NCBI RefSeq assembly: GCF_000143415.4
Contig: NW_003314368.1
Coordinates: forward strand, 454,792 to 518,791
Direction of reading: 5' to 3'
DNA length: 64,000 bases
Source: Selaginella moellendorffii
Lineage: Eukaryota > Plantae > Lycopodiophyta
Part shown: positions 47,900-61,500 of the stretch, piece by piece
Layout of the letters: the number at the start of each line of letters is the position of its first letter
Position numbering within the stretch: position 1 is the stretch's first letter
Translations under genes and position numbers: made by a program
Notes under the pieces: generated by a model
Databases searched by the model: none
Told to the model about the DNA's origin: nothing
The model's input: the letters and a program-made list of their open reading frames with translations, nothing else

Positions 47900-49250
47900 T
47901 ACAATCCACATTCACTATGCTATTTAGTTGGCTGAATGGCACAAAGGTGTTGAATTTTCTAAGTCCTCCACACCATTTGGTCAGCTGAATGGCCAAATTT
48001 TAATATCATCTCCAAAAGTTTCATTTGATTTTTTTTAACATCTCCAAACCATTTGGCCAACCAAATGGCACAAAGTAATTAAAAAATTAACATTTATTTA
48101 CTACTTTTTACCCCAAAAACTGCTCTTATTGTAGAACCTAATCCAAAAGTCTTGGTTGTAAAGAAGCAACAACGTACTAGATCTTTCATATGACATAGTG
48201 GGAGGAATTGGTAATTGGGAAGTTGCTCTCCATTTGAAGAGGACAATATCAAGAAACACAAAGGTAAGATGGCAAGTGTGACAATAAAGGCTAAGGGCAA
48301 GAAGAAGGGTAGGAAAAAAATGATTGAGGAATGAAAAGATGAATAAAAAGGAAAATGGTGATAAAAGGGGATTAGACAAGTTATAATGGTAGTAGTGTGC
48401 AAGTTCATGCACTTTAATATCTTTAGGATAATTATAGATAAGAGGAATGAGCATTGGGGTGGGATCAATGCCTTCCTCAATGAAACAAGAGCAACATTCA
48501 AGAAGGGAAAACAGATTCATGAGTACATGACTCATCTTGTCATCACCAACCTCCTATTGAACTTTAAAGAAGATACTAACTTATTTCCAAAGTGGTAGGA
48601 GTGCAATGAAGAACTCATCAAGCAATTGATTGGATTGTAGAACATGGTTAATGATTATAGTGTCATATGAAGAGGTGTGGATTCTTGCTTTCTGAGAGAC
48701 TAGTCACTAACGTTTGGTCGTTCATCCCTCATTCAATATTGTAGCAACCATCCATTTGGCTTTTCCAATGACAAGCTCAAGGTAATATACAATCTCAGTG
48801 CAAAGCATTGATCATATCATCGACTGTGTCTTTCTCTCTTTGATAGATTTTCTTTGCAAAAGAAGCTTTAGATAATGTCTTGCACACTAAATTTCTTCTT
48901 CATTCTCATGGTGGCTACGGCTATAACTTCTTGGCTAATAAATAATGAAATAGATATATAACAATTTTCACATTCCCTTTGTCTCCAATCTTTTGACTAG
49001 ATGCGCTTATCTCTCCAATCACAATTGAAGAAACATCATGTTCCTGATAAAACATGTTTGCATTCACTTGCATGCTTTGTAGATTGTAGCTATGCAAGAA
49101 TGTCACCTAGTTCTTATTTGTTTATAATTTTTTTTTCTTCCACAGTGATGGCTATGATTGCTAAGCAACTAGATTTGTTGCTATCGTCCAATTCCATTGC
49201 AAAAATTGCTAGACTTTAGGTAAGATAATTATGTTATTTTGATGCTATAG
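47900..49250. mobile_element. possible decayed DNA transposon (hAT-like) remnant
   Basis: Clustered short direct/inverted motifs (gctgaatggc, ccatttgg, aatggcacaaag) at 47925-48075; only weak transposase-like resemblance in 48921-49106. Confidence 0.3.
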
Positions 49251-49479
49251 TGGGTTGTGACTGGGCACTACAAGATCTAAAACACCACATACATAAATAC
49301 ATTACATAACAATATAGTAGTTACATCTAAAACTTTCATCTTCTCATAGTTTACATGAAAATTTGATATTAAGAAGAATGTAATGCTTACCCTCGATTGG
49401 TGTTGTAGTTAAGGATGCATACATTCTTAATCTCATATATGTATGGCATGCAATTTGTAAAGCAAGCTAAAAGCAAGTT

Positions 49480-49684
49480 ACAAACAAAGACAAACCAATT
49501 GAAAAGAATTGAAACGAATTCAAAAGATTCAAATGAAATCAAACGTAATCAAATGAAGACAAAGGAATTAAAACGAATTAAAACAAAGACAAAAGAGTTC
49601 AAATGAACGAAATAATAAAAACCCAAATGAAGACATTAAAACGAAGACAACCAAAGACCAACGAGAACAAACAAAACAAAAAAC
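49480..49684. repeat. A-rich low-complexity repeat (aaacgaa/caaatgaa units)
   Basis: Seen directly. Confidence 0.7.
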
Positions 49685-49789
49685 ATGGCAGCTCCGAAAT
49701 ACATTGAGCAGGGCTCTAGAATATTCACTCGCATCTTTGGGGGCATGAAATGGATGGCCCATGAATGCTGGCGCCAAAATATAATAAAC

Positions 49790-51330
49790 AAGGCAACCTG
49801 GTTGGGACTGGAAACCAGTAAAAACTCTTCCAAAAGTGTCACCAGATTTCTTGCCTCCCCTTCTGCACTGCCAAGAAGAGAAATCGGGAACCGCTCCAAG
49901 TTGCCTACAGCGAGTAGAATTCCACGACTCCCGTGGCAGACAAGGCTTGTGCTCAGAAATATCTGTTCATGGTGTCCTCCGACTTGAGCAGGAGCGACAG
50001 CACTGAAATAGTCGAGACATTGCCAGGGCACGGGAGTCGTCCCGGTAGAGAAAAAGGATCCAGTTATTTCCAGATTCCTCGATCTTTGCCTGCATGGAAG
50101 TAGCGGCAATGAGAAAACAGGAGGTAACTTTATGTGTTTGGAGCAAAGATTGCAAGATTCTCCGCAAGAACATCGATCGCTCCAGCCTCCATGCTGGCAA
50201 CTTTGCTGCCGCTGTTGTGAGTAGTGATCACGGAGAGAAGCCAGAGAGCAACAGTCGTAGGCTGCCTCAAACCCGGAGCTCACCAACTAGAGTAATGAAG
50301 CGCATCCCGACTCGGAAAGAGCGATGGCTTTCTGACTGTGTTCCTTTGCGTTCCACCAATCTTAACTTCGACGTTGCTCGATCTGATGATCCTGACTTCC
50401 CAAGATTGTCACTTTTTCCTGGCAAAGTCTCACCAGCATCTCCGTAACTTTCTCACAAAGGACGGGTAACCGGATTGCAGCGCACGTAACCAACGGGCCA
50501 AGGCTCTTGATCACTCCCAGAAGTTGATGACTATAAGATGCATTGGTCTTGGACCTTGCCACTACGGAGAGCACATCGAGAGCTTGGATCGTCACCATTT
50601 GATCGAACGTGACTCCAGTTAGAAGGTCCACTAGAGCCACCATGGTGCCGCAGAAACTAATACTCTCGGCATCTGGCGGGATAATCAGCTTCATGGCACA
50701 ACTGAGCTCAGAGCAGTGATGGAGAGGCAACTTTGCTCTCACAGCGAAAGATATCCGAGCAGAGGCAGCACTTTTGTGGCTGCTCAAGAACACTAGCCCG
50801 GAAGGACAAGAGATAATTAAGCTTGTGAGACGACCGGAGGCTGATACGTTGAGCCAGCTCACGGCCATGCTCGTCGGGGAGTTATCTTCAAAGAAGCACG
50901 TACTGGCTGCTTGCTCGCTCTAGTTGCGGAACAAGGAAGGACGGAGCTGCTGGATATGAGGCCTTCGACATGCTCATGGCTCTACTCGAAAGCAAGGAGA
51001 AGCTGCCTCGGTGATAGCCAGGATCTTTGCTCTTCGCAAGGACATGCTTCTCGTCCAAAAGGCGACGGGACCTCTAAACAAGCTCGTCAGGAACATCAAC
51101 GGAGAGGAGCCAGAGACGATCAACGTTGCTACTCAGGCGGCAATAGCTCTGGCTGCATTGTTTATGTCTATCCGAGAGCATGGCAACGTCAAAGATGCTG
51201 CCGTGGACGCTATAACACAGCTGGATTCCAAGGTGACAATTTTAGCTCCCGTTGAAGCAGCAGTGAAAGCATTCGTGTTTCTCTTGGAGGTTGCCTTAGA
51301 TGTGCCGCTTGATAGATCCTGTCACTCAGA
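49790..51330. pseudogene. scrambled fragments of a CELLULOSE SYNTHASE INTERACTIVE (CSI1-like) ARM-repeat gene
   Basis: Minus strand: SLGPLVTCAAIRLPVLCEKVTEMLVRLCQE and SLVCHGSRGILLAVGN..ISLLGSAE..EEFLLVSSPNQVAL; plus strand: IARIFALRKD..ALAALFMSIRE. Confidence 0.7.
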
Positions 51331-51518
51331 TTCCCCGAGAAGGCAATCAGGCTGGAAGAGACAACACTGCTGCGGCACTGGCTCAGCTCTTTGCGGTGCA
51401 TTCCATTTGTGTGCTTTGAATCAATGTTTAATTCTTTTTATAAATTATAGATCAACCATTAAATGATAGAAGACTTAGAATATTTTTGTTATATTTAAGG
51501 ATTTTTAAAATCTTAAAC

Positions 51519-51521
<3 letters not shown>

Positions 51522-51549
<28 letters not shown>
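51522..51549. repeat. (TA)n microsatellite
   Basis: Seen directly. Confidence 0.95.
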
Positions 51550-51557
<8 letters not shown>

Positions 51558-51848
51558 CTAAATGAATATCAACCATTTGATGATAGAATCTACCAAAATA
51601 TCCAGATATATTCTAGGTATCTATTACTACCCACATAAACCAAAATGTTTTTAGGAAAAATATAATATTATTATGGTTTTGTTATTAACCTTACCCCTTT
51701 AGAGAAATACTATAAATAAAATGATCAGAAAAATGTATTTGAATTTTGATTTAATAAGAAATTTTAAGGAAAAGAGTTTAATATTTTTTTTCTAAAATTA
51801 TATGTAATTTTTAGATTGGATGTCCTTTGAACTTTTGCATAGTTGTTT

Positions 51849-52869
51849 AGTGGAGGGGAAACTCCACGAACACTAAGATGAGCGAGCTTCATCACATTCT
51901 GATGCTAATTGTCACCATGGCTATCTAGAGGTTTGTTTTCCTCGGCACTGACCTCTTCGGCAGTGATCACTACTCTCCATCACACCACCACTTGCTCTTG
52001 CTTCTCACCAAGCCCTCTTTTTTTATTTTTGTCTCTCCCGATTGATACAAGGGCTTTCCCCCCTCATGATGGATAATTGCCCTAGGATTATTGCTAATCC
52101 CTCACTAATTAATCACACTTAGTCTAAAACAAAGAGATCTTGACATTGTCTCGGTTGTGAGCACACTCTAGCCCCTTGACATCATCTCAACAATGATTGT
52201 GCTGCATCCCAAAGCACCTCTTGCTTTGGAACCTCTTGCCTCTTGAATAAATTACTACACTTGGTGTTCTTAGATTTTCACCTCCCTTTTCTTTTTGCTG
52301 GCTTCATGGTAGGAATAGCCCAATTCTCTCTTCAGCACTTCTTCTCTCCCCACTATCCAACATCTTCCACATCGGAACAAGATGGCCTTTGACTTGGGAA
52401 AGGTAGCCTAGCATGTTCGGCATTCACTTTTCTCTCACTCTCCATGCTCACTCTTCATTCCCAGGCAGTGCACCAAAATGTGGAGGGGAAACTCCATGAA
52501 CACCAAGATGAGCGAGCACAGAGAAACCACTACTGCCTAGGGACTTAAGCTTCATCACATTCTGATGCTAATTGTCACCACAGCTATCCAGAAGTTTGTT
52601 TTCCTCGGCACTGACCTCTTTGGCAGTGTTGTCACTGCTCTCCATCACACCACCACTTGCTCTTGCTTCTCACCAAGCCCTCTTTTTTATTTTTGTCTCT
52701 CCTGATTGATACAAGGGCTTTCCCCCCTCATGATGGATAATTGCCCCAAGGGTCACAGCCCTAGGATTATTGCTAATACCCCACTAATTAATCACACTTA
52801 GTCTAAAACAAAGAGAAACCCATGATCTTGACTTTGTCTCGGTCATGAGCACACTCTAGCCCCTTGACA
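51849..52869 (-). mobile_element. TRIM-like non-autonomous LTR retroelement
   Basis: Direct repeats ~51849-52180 and 52479-52869 ending ccccttgaca; ~300-bp non-coding interior; PBS-like TGGTGCACTGCCTGGGAA (rc of 52458-52475) 3 nt from the LTR. Confidence 0.85.
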
Positions 52870-55387
52870 ATGCCTATAACTTTGGGAAGGATTAAATCAC
52901 TTCTCCCAACTGATGTAAATGGATGAAAGATATATATAAAAAAGTGTAAAATAGGCACTCAAACCAAACATGGTCCTTCTAGAGTCTGGTTCCTCACTAG
53001 ATTCACCATATTAAATATTTTAAGGAATATTCTTGCCTCATTTATTAGCCACAAAAAGCAAATTGGGCTCCAATACCAATATTAAGATCCTATCCTTTAC
53101 ACTTTATACCAACTAACTAAAAGAGTGATCACTTGATTATAAGGCATGATTGCTACAATATGTGGGTTAAGGCACTCGAAGTTGGAGGTGATAGTGTTCA
53201 AAATAAAACTTCTTTAGTAGATTGATTTAAGATTTTAACTTTTTCCAGTGATGGCAATATGGACAAGTGCTTAGCTTAGTTAGCCAATGTAAAGTTTTGA
53301 TTGCCAAATAAACTTCAAATATAAGGCTTTAATAGTTATTTTAATGGTTTAAGGTTTTTGATGGTGAAATTGGTTTGAGGAGTTTTGTGTTATGGACAAG
53401 AATCTATTAGTATTTACCATGGATGAGTTTGAGGTTGTTTTTTTGTCTATGTTTTGCTCTTTATTGTGACATTGAGAATGCTCTTATGGAACTTTGACAT
53501 AAAGGAAAATGATGATTAAGGAATTTATTGAGAAATTTAGTTAATTAATTAGTCATGTTCCAATGAAAGATCTATAATAGAACAATCCTACTTCATTGAT
53601 AGCCTTCATAGTGAGAGCATAAGACAACACTTATATCATTCCCCACCTATAACGAATTTGGAGAGCTCTTTGATGTAGTTCATCAATGTGATAATGACAA
53701 GTACAAGTCTTGCAAGCATTTGAGGAGTCTTTCAATAAAAAATTGTTATGATGATTATTATGAATAATCATCATACTTCTCATCATATCATCATATCATT
53801 ATATTTAGACTTCTTGAGAGGTCACTCAATCTAGTATTATTCAAACCCAAGGATGCTTAACCCCAATTATCTTAAAAACTTTAATCGATTGGAAAAAGGG
53901 GTGCTCTTTCACTCTATATTTAAACTTTTATAAATCATTTCTCAAGTTGTTCTCTTTGATTGTTTATAATCCACCATACTTCTTTACAAGTTTACGCCCT
54001 TGTGAATGGAAGTTAAGAATTACAACTCTCCTAATAACCCCACTCTTTTGACACTCTACCTTTTGGGTCGAGCCCAGTTATAGGTAAATTAGACTTGCTA
54101 GATGTCAATCTCAATATATGGTATGATTCCTCTATCCAACTAATAGAGTGATACCCAAGACTTCTATAATACCAAATGTAAGCTCTTATATTTGGACTTG
54201 ATCACATCAAATCCTGCCATGTCCAAAATGGTGAAATCTATGTCCACTTTTCAAATTCATTCTTTGACTCTTACTTATTAAAGTACTTCATCAATGATTT
54301 GGCTACCTCTATAGTCCTTGGTTCTCTTGAGTGTGGACCATACTTGAGTTTACGAGCTGAAGAATTGAGCTAAATTTTCAATTGTAATTTAGTACAAACA
54401 TTATAAACTTTAAAATTTTAAGGTTATGGTGAATCTAATAATTTCATAACTCTTTATATCTTATATAGATAAAAATTTTCTAAAGGATACTTTTTGTTCT
54501 AATAATTTAAATATTTACTACAAGCAATGATAGGGATGTTTGTTAGAATATAAAATAAAATGTTTGCAAAAATAGTATTCTTGTCACTTCTTTAAATTTG
54601 TACTCTGTGCTTTTTGGCTAGTAAATGTCAGGTTTGTCAGAATTAAAAAATTATTAAATTTGAAATAAGATTCTATATAAAGCCATATAACCGTTTGAAA
54701 GGAAAAAAAATAACCATTGATGTAAGCTTATTGGATATAAAAGAAAGACTTGGTTCTTTTCTAGAATACATTCTTGAGGGGTTTGTCATAACATACTGTC
54801 TAGAATTTATAAATCTTCATTCACACTCTATTCAAAAAAAGGGAAATACACACAAATATCTATGGGTTCTAGTGTTGGTAATTTTAACTCTTACAATCTT
54901 TCTTCCCGGAATTCAAGGGCTAGGAAATGCAATAACTATCCCATTGCATAGCATAATGAAACCACACAAGAGAATGAAAGAAAGGATAGTGATCATGAGT
55001 TGAAGATAAATGCAATGACAAAGGGTGCAACAAATTAGGTGAAAAAGAATGCCCTCTTATTTGTTTTAGAAAAATGCAATTCTGCCACTTTCAAGAAATG
55101 CCTCATATGTTTTCTAGCGTTTAGTAGAAATAATGGCGATGATCAGTATGATGGTATATATGCTCTCGCGACACACTACAACATCACATGAAAGACTACC
55201 ATGAAATCTTTTTTGAGATGGTAAAGACAGAAATGGAAACACATGAGTATTATGGGCAGTATTGCAAACAGAACACTCGGAAACATATAAAATGAAAAGT
55301 GAAATGAAAAAAAACTTTTTTTATTAATTATATAAAGTATAACAAGTTTTATTGATAGAGAATAAACTTCGATAGTGTTGGAAAAAT

Positions 55388-55536
55388 CTAGTTAGCTCCA
55401 AAAGTTTTTTGCAACTCAGCAATAGTAAGGGCTGTTTGGTGTATATGAATATCCACTTTAGGATCCTTGTGCAAAATGTTGATGAAGATGTAGTACATAT
55501 GTTTGCAAGGAACATATGCCTTCCCATGTTCTTCGC
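55388..55536 (-). pseudogene. 3' end of SWIM zinc-finger gene split by LTR element
   Basis: Encodes EEHGKAYVPCKHMYYIFINILHKDPKVDIHIHQTALTIAELQKTFGAN*, continuing the frame broken at ~62727. Confidence 0.8.
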
Positions 55537-58500
55537 TGTAAGCGACTAAATTTTTCATTTTACTTTAGTCACTTAACCACACCTCCAACCACTTGGAGGA
55601 GTCTCACTCACAACCTCCATAAATCCTATTCCGGACTTAGGGATTTGCTAGCCCCAAGAATGGCATCCGTGCCACTCAACCGTTGCACTTGGTCCAAATG
55701 CTCTACGTGTCTAGTCCCATGATTGACACCCAAAGGTACCATTGACATATCGGCCCGTTACACCAAGGCCATACCCATTCACCTTCACGAGTGGTCATCC
55801 CAGATCCACTCTTTAGCATCTTTAAGATGCCTACAGACATGGGGAATACCCTTCCCCAATATCCTTTTGTCAGTTCCTACTAAGTCTCTTTTCTGTCTAT
55901 GGCCATGTTTGCCAACACTGCCACTCGATCAAGGCCCGTAGGCCTGGCCATTAAGTCTCATTATCTTTTGGGACTTCCTCACCATGTGACCATATCCTTA
56001 GTCACTACACTAGAGGACTGCTCCTCCTCCTTTCCCCAGTTTGGGACTTCGGGACAACATTTTGGAACACCGTGGCCCTATGTGAGCTCCGTGGGTATTC
56101 TCCCCACCTTCCACCTTTAGGTGCTCTAGCCATGGGCTCAGAACGAAGTTCCGTTGAGCCATACCAGGTATCCAAGTAGGTAGTGCCACCCACACTTGGA
56201 CTGAGAACATCGACCATTCAATCTCCCAGGGAAAGTAGCCGGCTCTTGAACACTTCACCAAGCTACCCCGCTTGTTGGTCTGTATTCACTCTAACCTTGG
56301 ACCTCTTAGTGGTTATCCCATCACCCAACACCTAGGTACAGCCTTCCTTGGCCAAATTGGCCTTTTCTGGCCAAACTGGCTCCACTAGAGTCCTCCCCTT
56401 ACTATACTTTTGGAGCTCACCAAACCCCCTAGGGTCTGGGAGATGAACGCTTTGGGCTTTCACCCTCTCAGACTTGAACTCAGACTCGGACTCGGACTCG
56501 GACTCGGACTCAGACATGGACTCAGACTTGGGCTTGGGCTTGGGCTCGGTCTCAGCCTCGGCTTTGGTCTCAATCTCGGTCTCGGTCCCGGTCTTGGTCC
56601 CGGTCTCGACTTCGGACTCCATCTCGGGTCCTTCTCGAACTCCATCTCGGATTCCATCTCGGGTCTATCTCGAACTCCATTTCGGTCCATCTCGAACTCC
56701 ATCTTGGACTCCATCTCGGGTCCATCTCGGACTCCATCTCAAGTTCATCTCGAACTCCATCTCAGACTCCATCTCAGGTCCATCTCGAACTCCATCTCGG
56801 ACTTCATTTTGGGTCCATCTCGGACTCCATCTCGGGTCCATCTTAGGTCCATCTCGGACTCCATCTCGGGTCCATCTTGGGTCAATCTCGGACTCCATCT
56901 CGAACTCCATCTCGGGTCCATCTCGGATCCTCTTGTGTCCCTTTTCTAAAGACTCTTTTATTGCTCACTTCATGCTCATTCCTTGAGCACTCCGTTGGGA
57001 GTTCCACTCCCGCTCTTGACCTTTCAAGTCGAAGCCTTTTAGTCCAAATGTGTTACGCTCGTTTGGCTTTCGCTTTGGCCACTACCACGTGGCACCCTTT
57101 CGGCTCCACTTTGGGGCTTAGGGATTTGTGTCTCACAACTCCACCACCCATAGACGAAGTTCGATGTCCTCATCGAACGATAAACTATTTTATAAAGTAA
57201 TACCAATATGTATTACCCTTCCCATCCTTGGCATCTAGCCAATATTCGTCAAGGGTCGGACACCAAAAGCTCACTTTGCCTTGTCTACCCTCTAAAGAGC
57301 ATAGTCTCTCCAACATAAAGACTCGATTGACCACTTGTGGTGGTTTTTTCCCTTTTATTGGTTTAGCTTTTGCTAAACCCATTAGAAACACCTTCTCTAT
57401 CTCAATTCCACTACTCATTGTCGAGTAGTCTTAACTTCTATCGATATAACCATTCATCTTTGGAACTTTTAGTCTTGACTTTTCGAAGTCAATTTCCTAA
57501 GTGTCCTTGACACCTTTCATTACATATATTGTGCAAACTTCATTTCCCCATCCTAGGGAGTTCTCTAATTGAGGGCACCCTCCTCCTTTCTATTTTGTGC
57601 CACTTTTGACACCAAGTTCCAGTTATCATAAGTTGTGCTAGAGTTGTTCATGGCCCTATCATTTGGCTACTTTGCCACTCCCTCCCTTGGAGCTTTCACC
57701 TTTGCTAACTTGGAGCAATTAGGAATCCATCCTTGGAAGCACACTTCCTTTCTCACAATCTGTTAGCATATAACATATTAGTGTTCCATGCCTAACTTTG
57801 CCATTTGGATTCCTTCTAATGAACTCCATGGCCCACACTTGGCCACTAGATTTTTTGCTTTCATCCGTTGATTGTTGCACTTGGGCAACATAAGATTACT
57901 ACCTCCATTCTTGAGGTATCTTTTTGGTTCTATGACAAAGGCTCTACTTTGCTAAGTCCAGAGGGTGCTTACCCCTAGTAGGTCTATTTAGTATTTTCTT
58001 CTACAAGCTCCATCCATGGCCTAACTTTGCGACCCTTCCATAGGTCTCTCCTAAAGACTACTTTCTTGGACTTACTATACTATCGTATTGGCACAACTGA
58101 TTTCCCTTTAGTGCTCTTCTTTAGGTGTGCTTCCCACTTGGTCACCTTGACCAAATCACACCATTATCAATAGTTCAAATCAACACTTTGAACTAGGAAT
58201 CATATTCCTTAACCCAAACAAAGACCTTATCCTTATTTAGCCACACGATCACTTAGTGATCTCATCTTGACCCCTTAACAGGTTTACCAATAAGAACTAG
58301 ACCCTTTTTAAATTGTTGACTATGACTTCGAGGTCATCCCCCATACTTGGCAGTGTGCCCAAGCTAGCCCTTCCGACCAAGGATCCATAGCAACTGAGGC
58401 TGGGTGTCCCCATCTCATTCACCACGTCCTTGGTGCCCTTTGCACTAAAGTGGTCAAGTTAGATATGCCGAGCTTTCACGACTCCGGAGCATCCCCCATT

Positions 58501-61500
58501 TGGCGGTGTGCCCAAGCCAATCTCCTCACTAAGAGTTCATGACCACCGAAATATGAGTGTCCTCATATTCCAAACCATCACCACACCCTTGTGATTTGGG
58601 ACTCGAACCCAAGCACTAGAGGGTTGGGACTTGAACCCAACCTCCGTATATGCATCTACGGATGACATCACCCTAGATGCCTGGTGTGACTCCCCATGCC
58701 GGTGCACCAATTTATATCCAAAGTGCGTTACGGATCATAACTTAGGAACCTAGTCCCTCCATATTGTCAAGTCCTCTCACTTGACAAGTCTATGATCATG
58801 TATAGACCCTTCCATGCTTGGCCCTATGGGCCACCCTTTTTGAAGTTAGCACTTTCAACTAGGGGATTTGTTCCCCTAACTTGCTACTCTCGCTTCGCAA
58901 GTCATCCGACCAATCTAACATAGTTTCATGCATAAGCGTGAAAGTCCTTAACCATCGACTTTCGTTCAAAGTCATCCCTTTGAACATTCGGGAACTACTT
59001 CCTAACTTGGATAGCATTGCCTCATGACAAGTTTCAAGACCACGCTTTTGCTATGTTACTCTGATTTCGCGCGTTCTATGAACCATTTACACTTGGCTTT
59101 CTAGGTACTATGCTACATAAAATTGTCTTTGGGAACCTTGAAGGAACTCTATCCCTTAGCTTGCTAAAGCCTCTCCTTTCCCAGATCTAAGAGCCTAAGC
59201 ATTCGATCAGAGTGAATGAAGAGAGTGATTTTCTCTCTTTGCAAGAAAAATAGCTAGGCTTTCTAATTGCCATATGGTCTAGTATGGACAATTCCATGCT
59301 TTAGACTCTTCATGGCACCACAGTTGCTAATAACAACATGCTCGAGCGCCCACTTGATTCTCCACTCTCAATTGACATAACCACCTTTGGTTATGCTCTT
59401 CGATTCTTATGGTTTGGTTCTATCCCCTTACTACTTACTTTTGGCCTCACACATTTCCTTTGGTTATTCGCTTCCAAACTAGGAGGATAGCTTTGCACTT
59501 TCTACCATGCTTTAACAAGTATTCTTGAGGATGAACCTACCCGATAGCTTAGGGAGTGGTTCCTCAATTCGGGTATGCTCACCTTATAATCCCACACACC
59601 AGGATTAATGTTGCTACATATAGACCTTTATATGGCTATTATTAGCCTTGCCAAAATTCTATTTTTGGCTTTGTTCAATTCAAGTAAACGGACTTCTCTC
59701 GTCTTTGCAACCTTGGACGTTTGGATAGCACCTTCTATCCATCATTCACTAAGGATTTAATCCCTTGGGCTTTGTCTATTGCCCTCGCGATATCAAACAC
59801 CACCTCTTGGTGTTCTAGATGTTTAGATGTCCCAATGATGGACTCTTTGACAATGAACATTCCCTTTTACAACATTGACTTACTATATAGGCACATAAGT
59901 AATTTATCCCCTCTATCTAACTTTTTTATGCCATTAAGAAGTCTTGGGTAGCTACCTGCTACCAGTTTAATTGATTATTTTACACTTTTTGTTTAGTTGC
60001 CTCATAGTTGTCAAGTCCTACAACTCATTGCTGGTGCTTCCACACCTCTATCATTATCTAGGTCACCACACTTCAATTGCATGCCTTCTAGCTTAGGCTA
60101 TGCCATTCCCATTTCCATTAGGATTCCTTTGGGAAGGGGTTCTCGTGAACCCGCCAACTCACCTTAAGGTATTACGCCTTGGCACATTTGGTGTCTCCAC
60201 ACCATCAGCTCCATGAGCTTACTTTTATGACACTTCTTACTTGTGCCTAGGTCCATGCCAAGACCAATACAGTTCTTTCTCATACCAATTATCCGTTAAC
60301 ACTACACCATAGAGTTTACTCACAACTTTGTGTCAAAGTTGTTTCTTCTAGGAACACCTTCCCCACAACTTTAGTATGGCACATTCCGCCATCGATGAGA
60401 TACTCACTGTTCTCATACTTAGATATTATGATCGTCTTCAACCTTCGTGGGGCACAACAAACCTCAGTCCAAATGCTTTTAGCAATCCCTTAGGACCATT
60501 CTTTGACTCTACTTGAGTCATTTAGCATTTTTGGACTTTAAAATCTAATAACCCATAAGGTCCTATTTAAGGTGCTAGCTCGTTGGAATACAATTTCTTG
60601 TATTTATGTCCTACTCATAAGGACCATCTTTACAAGTGTCACTCCAACACTTGATGTTATTCCCTGGGGGCAACTTTTGCCTCTTAGGACTACTTGTCTA
60701 TGTGATGAGATTACTAACTCATCCTTTAAGTACACCCCTAACTCCTTGGGTTGTTTTAGCATTTATTAAAGGTGGCCTCAACTACCATTTCAAGGACTTG
60801 TGTCCTTTTCCGTATTTGACCTTCCACGGTCATTAAGTTTGGTCTCAAATTCATGAGCACCAACCTCAACTATATAAGGATAATCTAATGACTCCTTTAT
60901 TGTTTTGGAGTCTTTATTTTTCCTGTGATCCCAACTATAGTTGTTTACCACAACTACATTAGTCAGTTTGCTGAGTCAAACGTTCATTTGGATCACATCC
61001 TCAACTGTTTGAGGAAAACCTTATACTGTTCCCAAGATCCCGAAGTTGTTCCATTATTCGACCTTTTCTATCCACCACCTCACGTACAAGTTCACATATG
61101 AATTGTAGTGGAGAGCCATGTCTTCCCGACCTACTACTCCTCACGGATAGGCCCACTCCTAGGACCTTCTGATGCCAACACCAGTGGTGATATACTTGAG
61201 CACTAATAAAAGTCGGACTAAGGAACAGCTATGATACCAAATTGTAAGCGACTAAATTTTCCATTCTACTTTAGTCACTTAACCACACCTCCGACCATTT
61301 GGAGGAGTCTCACTCACAATCTCCATAAGTCCTATTCCAGACTTGAGGACTTGCAAGCCCCAAGAATGGCATCCGTGCCACTCAACCGTTGCACTTGGTC
61401 CAAGTGCTCCATGTGTCTGGTCCCACGACTAACACCCAAAGGTACCATTGACATATCGGCCCGTTACGCCAAGGCCATGCCCATTCACCTTTGCCACACT

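Noticed and set aside
52900-55300. AT-rich stretch possibly containing gag remnants
   Set aside because: Too decayed to support any specific call by eye.
56332-56986. Long ORFs with SD/LG/PSRT repeats (also 62019-62747)
   Set aside because: Artefacts of stop-free tandem repeats inside LTRs.
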